Shown: positions 28,789 through 38,390, counted from the first letter of the stretch. The stretch is DNA of 64,000 nucleotides from Armatimonadota bacterium (GCA_041690135.1 JAWLHY010000001.1:160001-224000), one strand, 5' to 3'. Notes: generated by a model from the letters alone, not told the origin. Numbers and translations: made by a program.

Positions 28789-29216
28789 TGTGGCTCCTTG
28801 CGTCGCGGATCAACACTGGTAAGGGTAAAGATAATGAAAACAACGATTAGGGACTGAGGCGGGCTATGGAAGATTAGGAAGGGGATGGGCTTTTGGTCTA
28901 TCTCCGGGCAACTGGATGCCGTGGCAGGAGGCTAACTTTGGTTCGAGGGTCTGCGTATCCAATTTTGGATGGCAAGGGCTGCGTCGGCGGGGACCCCGGC
29001 GGGTAAAATTCTGGGTGCGCGTCGATGATCACGAGAAGGATGGAGCAGCGTGCGAGGGGTGTGTGAATTCACTGGAGCCCGCACCGGTGGCCGGGGCGGT
29101 CGCGGTTCGGGACACACGAAGGCGGTAGCCCGCCTTCGCGCCTGTTTCCGCAGCTTCCACCGAAGCCCGGTTCGGCCCGTGGGGGCGGCTTCCCTCCCGG
29201 AAGTCGCGCACTCCTG

Positions 29217-29966
29217 ATGGTTATCGATTACTCGATCGAGCTGCCGTGCGAACCGAAGCGTCACTTTGGGAGCGACGGATTGCTCACGCGCCTCCAGAAT
29301 CTGGATACGACGCGCGCCGGTGCGGGGCAGGCTGAACAGGCGGCACTGGCCGCGGCGGTGGCCGTGGAAGCGGGCTACGAGCTTCGTCCCCTGGCGTTCC
29401 ATTGCAAGAAGTGCCCGGCCAACGCTATCCGCAAGCCATTCGGCTGCTACGGCTCCGTGGTCTTCCCGCTGACGGTGGAGGGGGAAGAGTGGCTGATGAA
29501 CCTCTTGCCGCAATCCCTGGATCCGCAGGAAGCCGCCGCACCGCACGTCGCGCGCCAGATGGGCCACGTCCGGGAGTTGTTGGACCTGCTGGGAGAACTG
29601 GGGATCCCCGAGAAGCTGCTCCGCGAGCGGCGCACCGTGGACACCTGGTTCGATCGCACCCGTCCCGCCGGCCGCACTTACGGGTCGCTCTTCCGGCGGG
29701 TGCGGCTGACGATGGACCATTTCGCCCATCTCCTCTTCTTTCACGAGGAGGTGACGCCCCGCGTGGCCGAGGCGATTTGCCGCGCCCTGGGCGTGTGGGC
29801 GGATGGATCCGATGAGGCAAACGGCATTCCCGCCGTCTACTTTACCCAGGCGCCCGAGCGCAACGAGGACCCTTCGATCACGGACCTCAAGCTCTTTCTC
29901 CACGCGTTGATGATCGGGTGCAGCCTGAATGTCCCGGTCCGGACGCGGCGGGTCGAGACGGAATGA
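29217..29966 (+). CDS. Hypothetical protein with CxxC...C motif
   Basis: 249-aa ORF, HCKKCPAN...FGCYG; stop overlaps the next start. Confidence 0.65.
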   Translation: MVIDYSIELPCEPKRHFGSDGLLTRLQNLDTTRAGAGQAEQAALAAAVAVEAGYELRPLAFHCKKCPANAIRKPFGCYGSVVFPLTVEGEEWLMNLLPQSLDPQEAAAPHVARQMGHVRELLDLLGELGIPEKLLRERRTVDTWFDRTRPAGRTYGSLFRRVRLTMDHFAHLLFFHEEVTPRVAEAICRALGVWADGSDEANGIPAVYFTQAPERNEDPSITDLKLFLHALMIGCSLNVPVRTRRVETE

Positions 29967-30544
29967 CTCCTTCTTCGCCCGATAGCGCTCTCGAAGAGGT
30001 GGTGCTGGACGAAGGGGAGTTGCGGCTCCGTTCTCCCCGTATCGAGGAAGCGCCGTTGTATGCACGCTGGTGGGCGGATCCCGAGGTCCAGTTCGGTTTC
30101 TGTTCCGAGGCGCGCACCGCCGAGGAGATCGCCGCCGCCTTCCCGGAACTGGAGGCCGAGGCGCGAGACATCGGTCATTGGATCGATTTCGTGCTGGAGG
30201 TGAACGGGAAGCCGGCGGGGTATCTCTGGTTCAGCCACTGGGACCTGGATGCCCGCCGGATCGAGTTGAACCTCCTGCTGGCCCCCCGCTTCCGCGGCCG
30301 GGGATTGGCTCGCCGTGCCATCCGCCTGCTTCTTCGCTGGGCTTTTCCGCGAATGGACCTGGAGCGGGTCGACCTGGTGCCCCGTGACGACCACCTGCCC
30401 GCCATCAACTGCTACCGGGGGGCCGGGGCGCGCATGGGGGGAATCCGGGACGAGGTGGTGACCTGGCAGGGCGAGAGCGTGTGCTTCCGGGAGATGTATT
30501 TCTTGCGGGAGGATTTCGTGGTGCCAGGTTCCGGTGGCGCTTGA
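29963..30544 (+). CDS. GNAT (RimJ/RimL-like) acetyltransferase
   Basis: PRFRGRGLARRA acetyl-CoA motif; ATGA overlap. Confidence 0.85.
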   Translation: MTPSSPDSALEEVVLDEGELRLRSPRIEEAPLYARWWADPEVQFGFCSEARTAEEIAAAFPELEAEARDIGHWIDFVLEVNGKPAGYLWFSHWDLDARRIELNLLLAPRFRGRGLARRAIRLLLRWAFPRMDLERVDLVPRDDHLPAINCYRGAGARMGGIRDEVVTWQGESVCFREMYFLREDFVVPGSGGA

Positions 30545-30590
30545 ACGCGAAGGACGCGAAGGTCGCAAAGGACGCGAAGATCGCAAAGGA
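30545..30590. repeat. 9-bp tandem repeat (ACGCGAAGG-like) between convergent genes
   Basis: ACGCGAAGG ACGCGAAGG TCGCAAAGG ACGCGAAGA TCGCAAAGG. Confidence 0.8.
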
Positions 30591-30612
30591 AAGAGAAGAG
30601 AGAGGCAACCGG

Positions 30613-31275
30613 TCATCCGAAGTGCAAGAGGATGGCCCGGACGAGATTTTCCGCGGGTTGGGCGCCAGTGAGAATCCGCCCGCGGTTGAGGATGAAGGCG
30701 GGGACTCCGTCCAGTTCCAGGAAACGAGCCTCTTGCTCCTGCTCGCGAATGTCCGCCAAGCCCTCTTCGGTGTTGAGGAAATGCCGGACCTCATCGGGAG
30801 GTAATCCTGCGGCGGAGGCGAGAGTTGCCAGCACCTCCGGGTCGCCGATATCCCGGCCGTCGGTGAAGTAAGCGTGGAAGAGGTTCTCCACCAGGGCATC
30901 CGCCAGGCCTTCCTGCTGGGCGAGGGCCACCAGGCGATGAGCGTCCAGCGTGTTGGGAGTCCATTCCATGCGGTCGAATGCGAATTCCAGGCCGTCTTCC
31001 CGTCCCACTTCCCGCACGCGGGCATCCAGGGCCTGGGAGCGTTCCCAGCTTCCGAACTTAGCGGTGCGGTAGGCCCTCCGCGAAACACCCTCTCTCGGCA
31101 TTTCCGGGTTCAACTCAAAGGGGCGCCAGACGATCTCCAGGTTCACCTCACCCCGAAGCTGGTGCCGGGTCGCCTCCAGGCGGCGCTTGCCGATATAGCA
31201 CCACGGGCAGATGAGGTCAATGAAGACTTCGACGGTTACTACGGGTTGGTCGTATTCCGAGCTCAGGTAAGTCAT
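30613..31275 (-). CDS. DsbA family (FrnE-like) dithiol-disulfide oxidoreductase
   Basis: DLICPWCYIGKRRL, PFELNP, GVPAF, GAQP. Confidence 0.9.
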   Translation of the reverse strand: MTYLSSEYDQPVVTVEVFIDLICPWCYIGKRRLEATRHQLRGEVNLEIVWRPFELNPEMPREGVSRRAYRTAKFGSWERSQALDARVREVGREDGLEFAFDRMEWTPNTLDAHRLVALAQQEGLADALVENLFHAYFTDGRDIGDPEVLATLASAAGLPPDEVRHFLNTEEGLADIREQEQEARFLELDGVPAFILNRGRILTGAQPAENLVRAILLHFG

Positions 31276-31363
31276 GGGGCCCCCGCTGGTATATACACTT
31301 TTGGGAGCGGCAGTGCACGCCAGTTCCCAATCCCCGGCCTGTGCTTCACGGATGAGGATGATG

Positions 31364-32068
31364 ATGGAAAAGATCGTAAGGGCCAGCCTGCTGGCCTTCC
31401 CTCTGGTGGGCCTGCTGCCTGCGCCGGCCTATGCCCAGACGGCCTCCGGCTGACCATTATGACCCGCCAGCGGTTATTCCGCGCAAGGCGGGAACTCCAT
31501 CGGTACGGTGGGGGCCACAGTTCAAAAAGGACACCTGTTCTTCTCAACCATGCACTCCGAAGGTCTCGCGGGTGAGACCGAGACGTTCGTGCGCTACGGG
31601 GTGAGCCGCCGCCTGGAGATGGGCTTCGGCTACCTGTGGAAGCAGGGAATCGTTCGTCCCCTGGCGAGCTACCTGTTTGTCACCGAGGAGAAGAGCCGGC
31701 CCGCACTGACGGGCGGGCTGATGTACGACTCCCTCGGTGGCGGGAGGCAGGGGGTATTCGTCAGCGCTTCCAAGGGTTTTCGCAAGACACCGTTGGGCGT
31801 TCCACTGAGCCTCTACCTGGGAGGCACGCAGATCTCGGGGGAGGATCATCCGCGCTTGATCGCGGGCCTGAGCGTCCCCGTGAACCGCTGGTTGACCGCG
31901 TCGGTCCAGTACGATGGGAAGCACCCGCACCTGGGCCTGACCGCGAAGGTGGGCAGCATCCGCGGCTCCGATCTTCGGGTGGGAGTCGTGGCGGCGGAAG
32001 GGGACAAGATCGGTCCCATCATCGCCGTGGGCCTTCCACTCGGCCCCCGTGAGCGCAAGGGTCACTAA
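31364..32068 (+). CDS. Predicted double-selenocysteine (UxxU) secreted, probably outer-membrane beta-barrel protein
   Basis: GAGG RBS, signal peptide ending AYA, then QTASG-TGA(31451)-P-L-TGA(31460)-PASGYSAQ... in frame with ORF 31508-32068, which has alternating beta-strand patterns. Confidence 0.65.
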
Positions 32069-32372
32069 TCGTGTGGGGGAGAACCTTAACAGCACCGGGA
32101 CCAGAGCGGGTACGGATCACCAGTGCCCGCCACCGGCCCTCCCACGGGTTAAATCCCTGGGCCGGCTGAACGAACTCCGCACCCACACCCACTCCGTGGG
32201 GACCCGGGCGTAAACCTTATTGGGCCGGCGCGGTCTCCCCGCGCCGGCCCATCGTTTAGGGTGGGCAACTCCGTCGATCCGGATTCCGGGCATTTTTTGC
32301 CCGACGAGGGCGAATGCGAAAGGCAACTCCCGCAAGTCGGGGCTGGAGTAAAATAACCGGAGGGAGTGAACC

Positions 32373-33860
32373 ATGAGCGATCGCCAGCGAAGCGTTGTCC
32401 GGGCGCCGGATTTTCCGGTGGGGTTGGAGTGGCTGAATGTGGACCGGCCTCTGTCCCTGAAGGACCTGCGGGGAAAGCTGGTCATCCTGGATTTCTGGAC
32501 ATTCTGCTGCATCAACTGCCAACACGTGCTGCCCCAGCTCCGGCAACTGGAGGAGCGGTTTCCGGAAGAGCTGGTGGTGATCGGGGTTCACTGCGGCAAG
32601 TTCCACGCGGAGGCGGAAACGTACAACGTTCGGCAGGCGGTGATGCGTCACGACGTCCGGCATCCGGTGGTGAACGACCCGAAGTACCTGCTGTGGCGAG
32701 CCTACACGGTCCGCGCCTGGCCGACGATCGTGCTGATCGATCCAGAGGGGCGGGTGCTGGGCTCGATGTCCGGAGAGTTCGACGCCAACGCGATCGGCAG
32801 CCTGCTGGAGCAGATCATCGCGGACTGCGACAAGAAGGGCCTGCTCAACCGGTCGCCGCTGGAGTTGACGCTGGAGCGGCGGAAGCTGATCGAGACCACA
32901 CTGCGGTACCCAGGGAAGGTGCTGGCGGATCCCGCCGGGCGCCGCTTGTTCGTGACGGATACGGACCACCACCGGATTGTCGTGTTCGGCCTGGACAACG
33001 GCCGGGTGCGCCACGTTTTCGGTAGTGGTGAACCGGGTCTTACCGACGGAACGGCGGCCCGGGCGCGCTTCCACTCGCCCCAGGGAATGGCGCTGAGGGG
33101 CGACTCCCTCTATGTCGCGGATACGGAGAACCACGCCATCCGGCGCCTTTCCCTGGACGGCCGGACGGTGCAGACGGTCGCCGGAACGGGAGAGCAGTCG
33201 ACTCCTCTGCCGGAAGCCGGCCCGGCCCGCGCGACCCGCCTCAACTCGCCCTGGGACCTGGAGTGGGTTGGGGATACCCTGTACGTCGCAATGGCGGGCA
33301 GTCACCAGGTCTGGGCCTATCATCCCCAGGGAGGCGTGATCTCCCACGTGGCGGGGGATGGTCGCGAAGCCCTCAAAGACGGTCCCCGGCTCAATGCACG
33401 CCTGGCGCAACCTAGCGGGCTGGCATGGGACGGCGAGCGGCTCTGGATCGCGGACAGTGAGACGAGCAGTCTGCGGACCGTGGGACTGGAAGAGGGGGGA
33501 GAGGTCCGGACCTGGATTGGGCAGGGGCTGTTCGAGTTCGGGGATGTGGACGGGGATCGCGCCACGGCGCGCCTTCAGCACGTGCTGGACGTGGCGGCGG
33601 GGAACGGCCGGATCTACGTCGCGGACGCCTACAACAACCGCCTCAAGGTGCTGGACCCGCGCACGGGACAGATCCGCACCCTTTCCGGCAGCGGAGAACC
33701 GGGCTTCGAGGACGGTTTCGCCGGCGAAGCGTGCTTCTGGGAGCCGGGGGGCATCAGTTTTGCGGGGGACCGGCTGTACGTGGCGGACACCAACAATCAC
33801 GTGATTCGGAGCGTGGAACTGCCGTCAGGACGGGTGGAGACCCTGGACTTGCGTGATTAG
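32373..33860 (+). CDS. Thioredoxin-like plus NHL-repeat beta-propeller protein (NHLRC2/SOQ1-like)
   Basis: LDFWTFCCINC, AWPT, repeated LYVADTENHAIR-type NHL motifs. Confidence 0.9.
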   Translation: MSDRQRSVVRAPDFPVGLEWLNVDRPLSLKDLRGKLVILDFWTFCCINCQHVLPQLRQLEERFPEELVVIGVHCGKFHAEAETYNVRQAVMRHDVRHPVVNDPKYLLWRAYTVRAWPTIVLIDPEGRVLGSMSGEFDANAIGSLLEQIIADCDKKGLLNRSPLELTLERRKLIETTLRYPGKVLADPAGRRLFVTDTDHHRIVVFGLDNGRVRHVFGSGEPGLTDGTAARARFHSPQGMALRGDSLYVADTENHAIRRLSLDGRTVQTVAGTGEQSTPLPEAGPARATRLNSPWDLEWVGDTLYVAMAGSHQVWAYHPQGGVISHVAGDGREALKDGPRLNARLAQPSGLAWDGERLWIADSETSSLRTVGLEEGGEVRTWIGQGLFEFGDVDGDRATARLQHVLDVAAGNGRIYVADAYNNRLKVLDPRTGQIRTLSGSGEPGFEDGFAGEACFWEPGGISFAGDRLYVADTNNHVIRSVELPSGRVETLDLRD

Positions 33861-34066
33861 GATTGGGACTACGATAAGGATAAGGAAGTCTGGGTAAGGG
33901 CGGGTGCCCTGACCAAGCGGTTGCCACAGCCGGGTAATTACAACTCCCCTGACCAGGGGGCTTGCCGCGTCGGGTAACGAGCTGCGGAGGCAGGGTTGCT
34001 GCTCTTCGGCGTTGCGGCGGTGTGGGTTTGTGGAGTCGGCTGAGGTCTACCCCTCCTCGCAATGAC
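33853..34066. repeat. Composite REP-like element, copy A
   Basis: GGATTA/GGATAA hexamers, CCCTGACCA motifs, ends CCTCCTCGCAATGAC; 33991-34066 matches 35101-35176 at 66/76. Confidence 0.75.
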
Positions 34067-34144
34067 CGCCGTAATTGCCTCCGTCGTACCTGTCTCCATC
34101 GTAAATGCTTTCATTTCTTGATTGAGGATCGGGCATTCTTGTCC

Positions 34145-34951
34145 ATGAAGCTCTTCGTGCTCCTAACGGTAGTTTTCGGCCTGATTGCGGGAGAGGGGAA
34201 GGCCGCTCCATCTGTTAGGCTCGCGAAGTTCTTTGCCGGCCACGAGGGCGCGTTGGTGCTGTATGACGTGCAGCGGAAGAGCTACGAGCGCTATCGCCCG
34301 GAGCAGGGCCGGCGGCGGTTTCGACCGCAGTCCACGCGGAAGATCGTGGAGGGGTTGATCGGCCTGGAGACGGGCGCCATCCCGGATGTCGACCATCGCT
34401 TTCCGTGGGACGGAACGCGGCATTTCTTCGAGGCTCACAACCGCGACCATTCACTCCGCACCGCGCTGGCCGCTTCCACCAACTGGTACTTCGAGCGGGT
34501 GCACGCGAAGGTGGGGAAGCCGGAACTCGCCCGACGGCTGCGGCAACTCCGCTACGGTAACGCCACACTGGGGGACCGTCCAGCTCTCTATGGCGAGGAC
34601 GAACTGCGCATCTCCGCGGAAGAGCAGGTGGAGTTTCTCCTCCGCCTTTACCAGCTTCATCTGCCGCTAAGCCGTCGCTCTATGGATGTAATGCGCGAAG
34701 TGATGCATTACAAGACCACGGAGAAGGGGATACTGCGGGGCAAGACCGGGACCGGCGGCCATACGAAAGATGGGAAGCCGCGGCGGCCGGATTCGGAGAT
34801 GGTGGCTACCCTGGGCTGGTACGTGGGGTGGGTGGAGCGCGGGGAGAGGGCGTGGATCTTTGCGGCGAACATCACCGGCGGTGAGAACCCCACGGGGGTG
34901 AAGGCGCGCGAGATCGTTGAAGCGATTCTGCGGAGCAAGGGACTGCTCTAA
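34145..34951 (+). CDS. Class D beta-lactamase-like / penicillin-binding transpeptidase-fold protein
   Basis: Signal peptide; PQSTRK (SxxK), STN, YGN, LRISAEEQ, KTG, GWYVGWVE. Confidence 0.85.
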   Translation: MKLFVLLTVVFGLIAGEGKAAPSVRLAKFFAGHEGALVLYDVQRKSYERYRPEQGRRRFRPQSTRKIVEGLIGLETGAIPDVDHRFPWDGTRHFFEAHNRDHSLRTALAASTNWYFERVHAKVGKPELARRLRQLRYGNATLGDRPALYGEDELRISAEEQVEFLLRLYQLHLPLSRRSMDVMREVMHYKTTEKGILRGKTGTGGHTKDGKPRRPDSEMVATLGWYVGWVERGERAWIFAANITGGENPTGVKAREIVEAILRSKGLL

Positions 34952-35176
34952 AGGATTAGGACATGGATTACGATTAGGATTAGGAAGCTGGGTACGGGAT
35001 GGGTTCTCTGATCAAGAGGCCGTGTTGGATTAGGACTTCGACAAAGATAAGGATTGCGGCCACAGCTTTGGCTCCCTGACCAGGAGGTTGCCAATAGGTT
35101 CAGGGTGCCTGCGCTTCGGCATTTCGGCGGTGCGGGTCTGTGGAGACGGTTAAGGTCTACCCCTCCTCGCAATGAC
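34952..35176. repeat. Composite REP-like element, copy B
   Basis: Same hexamer tract, CCCTGACCA and CCTCCTCGCAATGAC end as copy A. Confidence 0.75.
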
Positions 35177-35264
35177 GACCGTTTGCAGTTTGGGCAGAGG
35201 TTCTGCGGTTTGTCAGGTGTCCGCCCTTAGCGTCGCCGTGTAAGCTCAATGGTCTACTTGGGTT

Positions 35265-35291
35265 CCAGCCCGTCACGCCGTGACGGGCTGG
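35265..35291. terminator. Hairpin downstream of the DUF1080 gene
   Basis: CCAGCCCGTCAC-GCC-GTGACGGGCTGG. Confidence 0.45.
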
Positions 35292-35302
35292 GGGGTTGAC
35301 GA

Positions 35303-36010
35303 TCAGCTCTTCGGAGTGATCTTGATGTTGCGGTAGGTGACCGGGCCGTGGTCGCCCTGGAACATCAGGGGGCCGGTGGGGGCTTCCTTGCCGGTAACAC
35401 CGGAGGGCGTGGGGCCCTTCATCTCCACGTTCTCGTGGATCACCTGGCCGTTGAGGGTGATCTTGTTGAACTTCGCGTTGCCGACCTTCTTGTCCCCTTC
35501 GAAGCGCGGGGCCTGGTAGTCGATCACGAACTTTTGCCATTCGCCGGGGGCCTTGGCGGCGTTGGTTTTGGGGGCGGCGGCGCCGTAAAGGCCGCCGATG
35601 TCGCCAGGGCCGACCTGGGGCTTGCCGTAGCTGTCTAGGACCTGGACCTCGTACTCGCCCATGACGTAGATGCCGGAGTTGGAGCCCTTGGGAACCATTA
35701 GCTCCAACTCGATCACGGCGTCGCCCCACTTCTCTTCGGTGTAGATATCGACACCGCCCCCCTGGCTGTTCACGAGCTCCGCACCGGCGCCGGTGACCCT
35801 TTCGACCTTGAGCTGGGCGGGATTGGCGGCGTCGAGGGTGGCCTTGCCGACTACCCACTTACTCCGGCCGGGATCGCCCTTGAATTTCCAGCCCTGGAGG
35901 CTGGTTCCGGTGAACGGTTGGGCGGCTTTGCCCTGGGCCGTCGCCTGGTTAACGGCGGCCAGTCCGAAAGTAAGCCCGGCCAGTCCGAGCAGTATCTGCG
36001 AGCTTCGCAT
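35303..36010 (-). CDS. DUF1080 (3-keto-disaccharide hydrolase) family secreted protein
   Basis: GSNSGIY, YEVQVLDS, GEWQ, FQGDHGPVTYRNI. Confidence 0.9.
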   Translation of the reverse strand: MRSSQILLGLAGLTFGLAAVNQATAQGKAAQPFTGTSLQGWKFKGDPGRSKWVVGKATLDAANPAQLKVERVTGAGAELVNSQGGGVDIYTEEKWGDAVIELELMVPKGSNSGIYVMGEYEVQVLDSYGKPQVGPGDIGGLYGAAAPKTNAAKAPGEWQKFVIDYQAPRFEGDKKVGNAKFNKITLNGQVIHENVEMKGPTPSGVTGKEAPTGPLMFQGDHGPVTYRNIKITPKS

Positions 36011-36032
36011 CGGTGGGTCCTTTCCTGTAGAT

Positions 36033-36392
36033 TCAAGCACGGCGAGAAAGATCGGCGCGGATCCGTTCGTAGGCGGCGTTGAGACGGACCATGGTCTCGG
36101 CAGCCTCGCGGGAGCGGCCTGGGTCGTCGGCGAAACGGTCGGGGTGATGCTCGCGCACCAGCCGGAGCCAACAGGAGCGCACGCGCGGAAGGTCCGCTCC
36201 GAGGGGCGCGCCGAGAAGGCGGTAATCGGCTTCGAGGGGATGCGGAGTCCCATAGGCCGCGGGCACCTTCATGCGGCGGGCCGGACCGGGGCGGTCGGCC
36301 CGAAAGGCGGATCCCTGGCTCCAGCCCAGGGTCTCCAAGATCTGCCGCCGGGCCAGCCGCCACAGCCGGGTTAGCAAGGGATCGGCCTTCAT
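36033..36392 (-). CDS. Small C-terminal J-domain protein
   Basis: YRLLG...LVREHHPDRF...LNAAYERI (HPD motif); TGATG overlap with the upstream gene. Confidence 0.8.
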   Translation of the reverse strand: MKADPLLTRLWRLARRQILETLGWSQGSAFRADRPGPARRMKVPAAYGTPHPLEADYRLLGAPLGADLPRVRSCWLRLVREHHPDRFADDPGRSREAAETMVRLNAAYERIRADLSRRA

Positions 36393-37192
36393 CACGAACT
36401 CCGGAGGGTCAGCGTCTCGGTAAGGCTCGTTTCCAAAGCTTCCACGCCCCGCGACAGCCGATTGAGCTCCTCGTATACGGGATCGGTCGCGGGCTGCTCC
36501 GCGGCGACCTCGCCCGCCTGCATCCGGACCACGCGGCTGAGCAGGTTGTCGAACGTGCAGCGGACCGCGGCCAACTGCCCGTCGATGCGGGCGACGGCGT
36601 CCTCCAGCCGGACGTAGTTCTCCAGCTCCTGCTGCTTCTGAGCGAGGGCCTGTTCGTAGAGCTGCCGGGTGACCGGGTCGTGGGTCTGTTCCAGGCGGGT
36701 CTGCAGCTGACATGCCTGGCGCTGGACTTCGGGGCTGCGGATGCTGCTCAGAAACGTCTGCAACTGGCGGCGCTTTTCGGCCAGCGAGAGGCAGTGCTCC
36801 AGCAGGCTCGTGACTTCCGCGCGGGTACCCGGCATCAGGGAGGGACCCGCATCATAGTAGCCGAGGAGGCGCTCCTGGGACTCGACGATGCCCGCGAGCA
36901 GGGTGGAAGTCTCGGAATCGAGGGCGCCCGTCAACGCTTCCAGGCGACGGATCAACTCCCGCCAGCGGGCCTGGAGCAGCTCTTCCTGACTGGTCGCCGC
37001 GAGGGCCGGGTTGCGGACGCGGGTCCACACCCAGGCCAACTCCGCGGAGAGCGCGGCGAGGCCGGCGGGCCAGGCGTCGGGGGTAGGGGTGAGCAGGAGC
37101 GCCGTGGTGCCGAGAAACAGGGAGAGCGGAGAGGTCACCGCGCGGATGATGACCCTCTTGAGCAGTTGTTCGCGGTTGGACCCCTCTGGCAT
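36392..37192 (-). CDS. Membrane-anchored coiled-coil protein, PspA-associated
   Basis: Two N-terminal hydrophobic helices then a long coiled coil. Confidence 0.7.
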   Translation of the reverse strand: MPEGSNREQLLKRVIIRAVTSPLSLFLGTTALLLTPTPDAWPAGLAALSAELAWVWTRVRNPALAATSQEELLQARWRELIRRLEALTGALDSETSTLLAGIVESQERLLGYYDAGPSLMPGTRAEVTSLLEHCLSLAEKRRQLQTFLSSIRSPEVQRQACQLQTRLEQTHDPVTRQLYEQALAQKQQELENYVRLEDAVARIDGQLAAVRCTFDNLLSRVVRMQAGEVAAEQPATDPVYEELNRLSRGVEALETSLTETLTLRSS

Positions 37193-37304
37193 CCGGATCA
37201 CCAACCAAACAGGGGGAGTGAGAGAGCCGGACGCTACGATCGTCCCGTTTCTCTCACTCCCCCTACCTCATGGGAATGGCGACTTTCGATCGCCGTTCCG
37301 GAAA

Positions 37305-38102
37305 CTAAACTTCCAGGTTGCGCACCGGCGGCTCATCCGAGCCCGGACCCGTGCGCACCGTCTGCTGCTGGGCGGAATTGTCGCGCGCGATATCCGCTTT
37401 GAGCCTGGCCAACGGATCTTCCGTCTGCACCGGGGCCATTCCCATTTGCGCCTTCAACGCCGCCAGTTGGGTATCGGCCTGTTCGGCGGCTACCGCGTTC
37501 TCCAGTTTAGCCATCCGCTGCGAGATGTTCCCTTCGGCCAGCTCCATGCGGGCGTCGGCCTTGGCCTTCAGCTCGTTGATGCGGCTCTCCGCGCGGGTGA
37601 ACGCCTGATCGTGGCTCTCCATCGAGATGCCGGTGAGCGCCTTGTTGAGCTGCTCCTGGATCTTCGCCTGCTTCCAGCCGGCCACCAGCGCCAGCCGCTT
37701 CGCGGCCTGCTGGCGGACATGGGCCTCCATCCGCTTGATGTTCTCTTTAACCGCCTCGGCAGCCTGTTCGGCCTGCTCCAGCTGCGCCTTCAGCCCCTCG
37801 ATGTTCTGGTCGTAGGTAGACTTCTCGATCAGGAGCTGCCGGGCCAGGTCTTCGTCGCCGCCCCGCAGCGCGGTGCGCGCCTTGGCCTCCAGCGCGGCCG
37901 ATTGGTTGAGCTGGTCCTGCAAAACGCCGCGAAGCTGGTTGCGCGCGGCGATCGCCTGGACGGCGCTCTCCTTCGCCTTCTCTAACTCCCGGCGCATCGA
38001 TTCCTGCGCTTCCGCGAGAATGACCTCCGGATCCTCAGCCTTCTCGACCCCGATGAGTAGCCACCCTTTGATTAACCGCCAGATCCTGCCGAAGATTCCC
38101 AT
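37305..38102 (-). CDS. pspA: PspA/IM30 (Vipp1, bacterial ESCRT-III) family protein
   Basis: MGIFGRIWRLIKG amphipathic helix, EDPEVIL, ALRGGDEDLARQLL, QLAALKAQMG. Confidence 0.85.
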   Translation of the reverse strand: MGIFGRIWRLIKGWLLIGVEKAEDPEVILAEAQESMRRELEKAKESAVQAIAARNQLRGVLQDQLNQSAALEAKARTALRGGDEDLARQLLIEKSTYDQNIEGLKAQLEQAEQAAEAVKENIKRMEAHVRQQAAKRLALVAGWKQAKIQEQLNKALTGISMESHDQAFTRAESRINELKAKADARMELAEGNISQRMAKLENAVAAEQADTQLAALKAQMGMAPVQTEDPLARLKADIARDNSAQQQTVRTGPGSDEPPVRNLEV

Positions 38103-38390
38103 CTCTAGCTCCTGTGCCCTCGGGGCTGTGGCCGCTCCTACGATCCGTGCCCACAGACAGCAGTATAGACCGCTATCCCTCCCAGTAAACCGCTGAGACC
38201 GACTGTGCACAATTATACCACGCAGGGTTGCCCCGCGCAAACGCGGCCGGTAGTATAACAGAGAGACGAAACAAGTGGTTACGGTCCGAGCACCCGAGGT
38301 GTCAGCCGCCGATCTTCTGGGTAAATTGTGGCAACGGGACGCGCAACCTGACGTCAGCGTGGAACGTTTTGAAACGGAAGGAGCGGGCGC

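Noticed and set aside
28916-29218. Small ORFs upstream of the 29217 gene
   Set aside because: Low-complexity translations with no supporting signal
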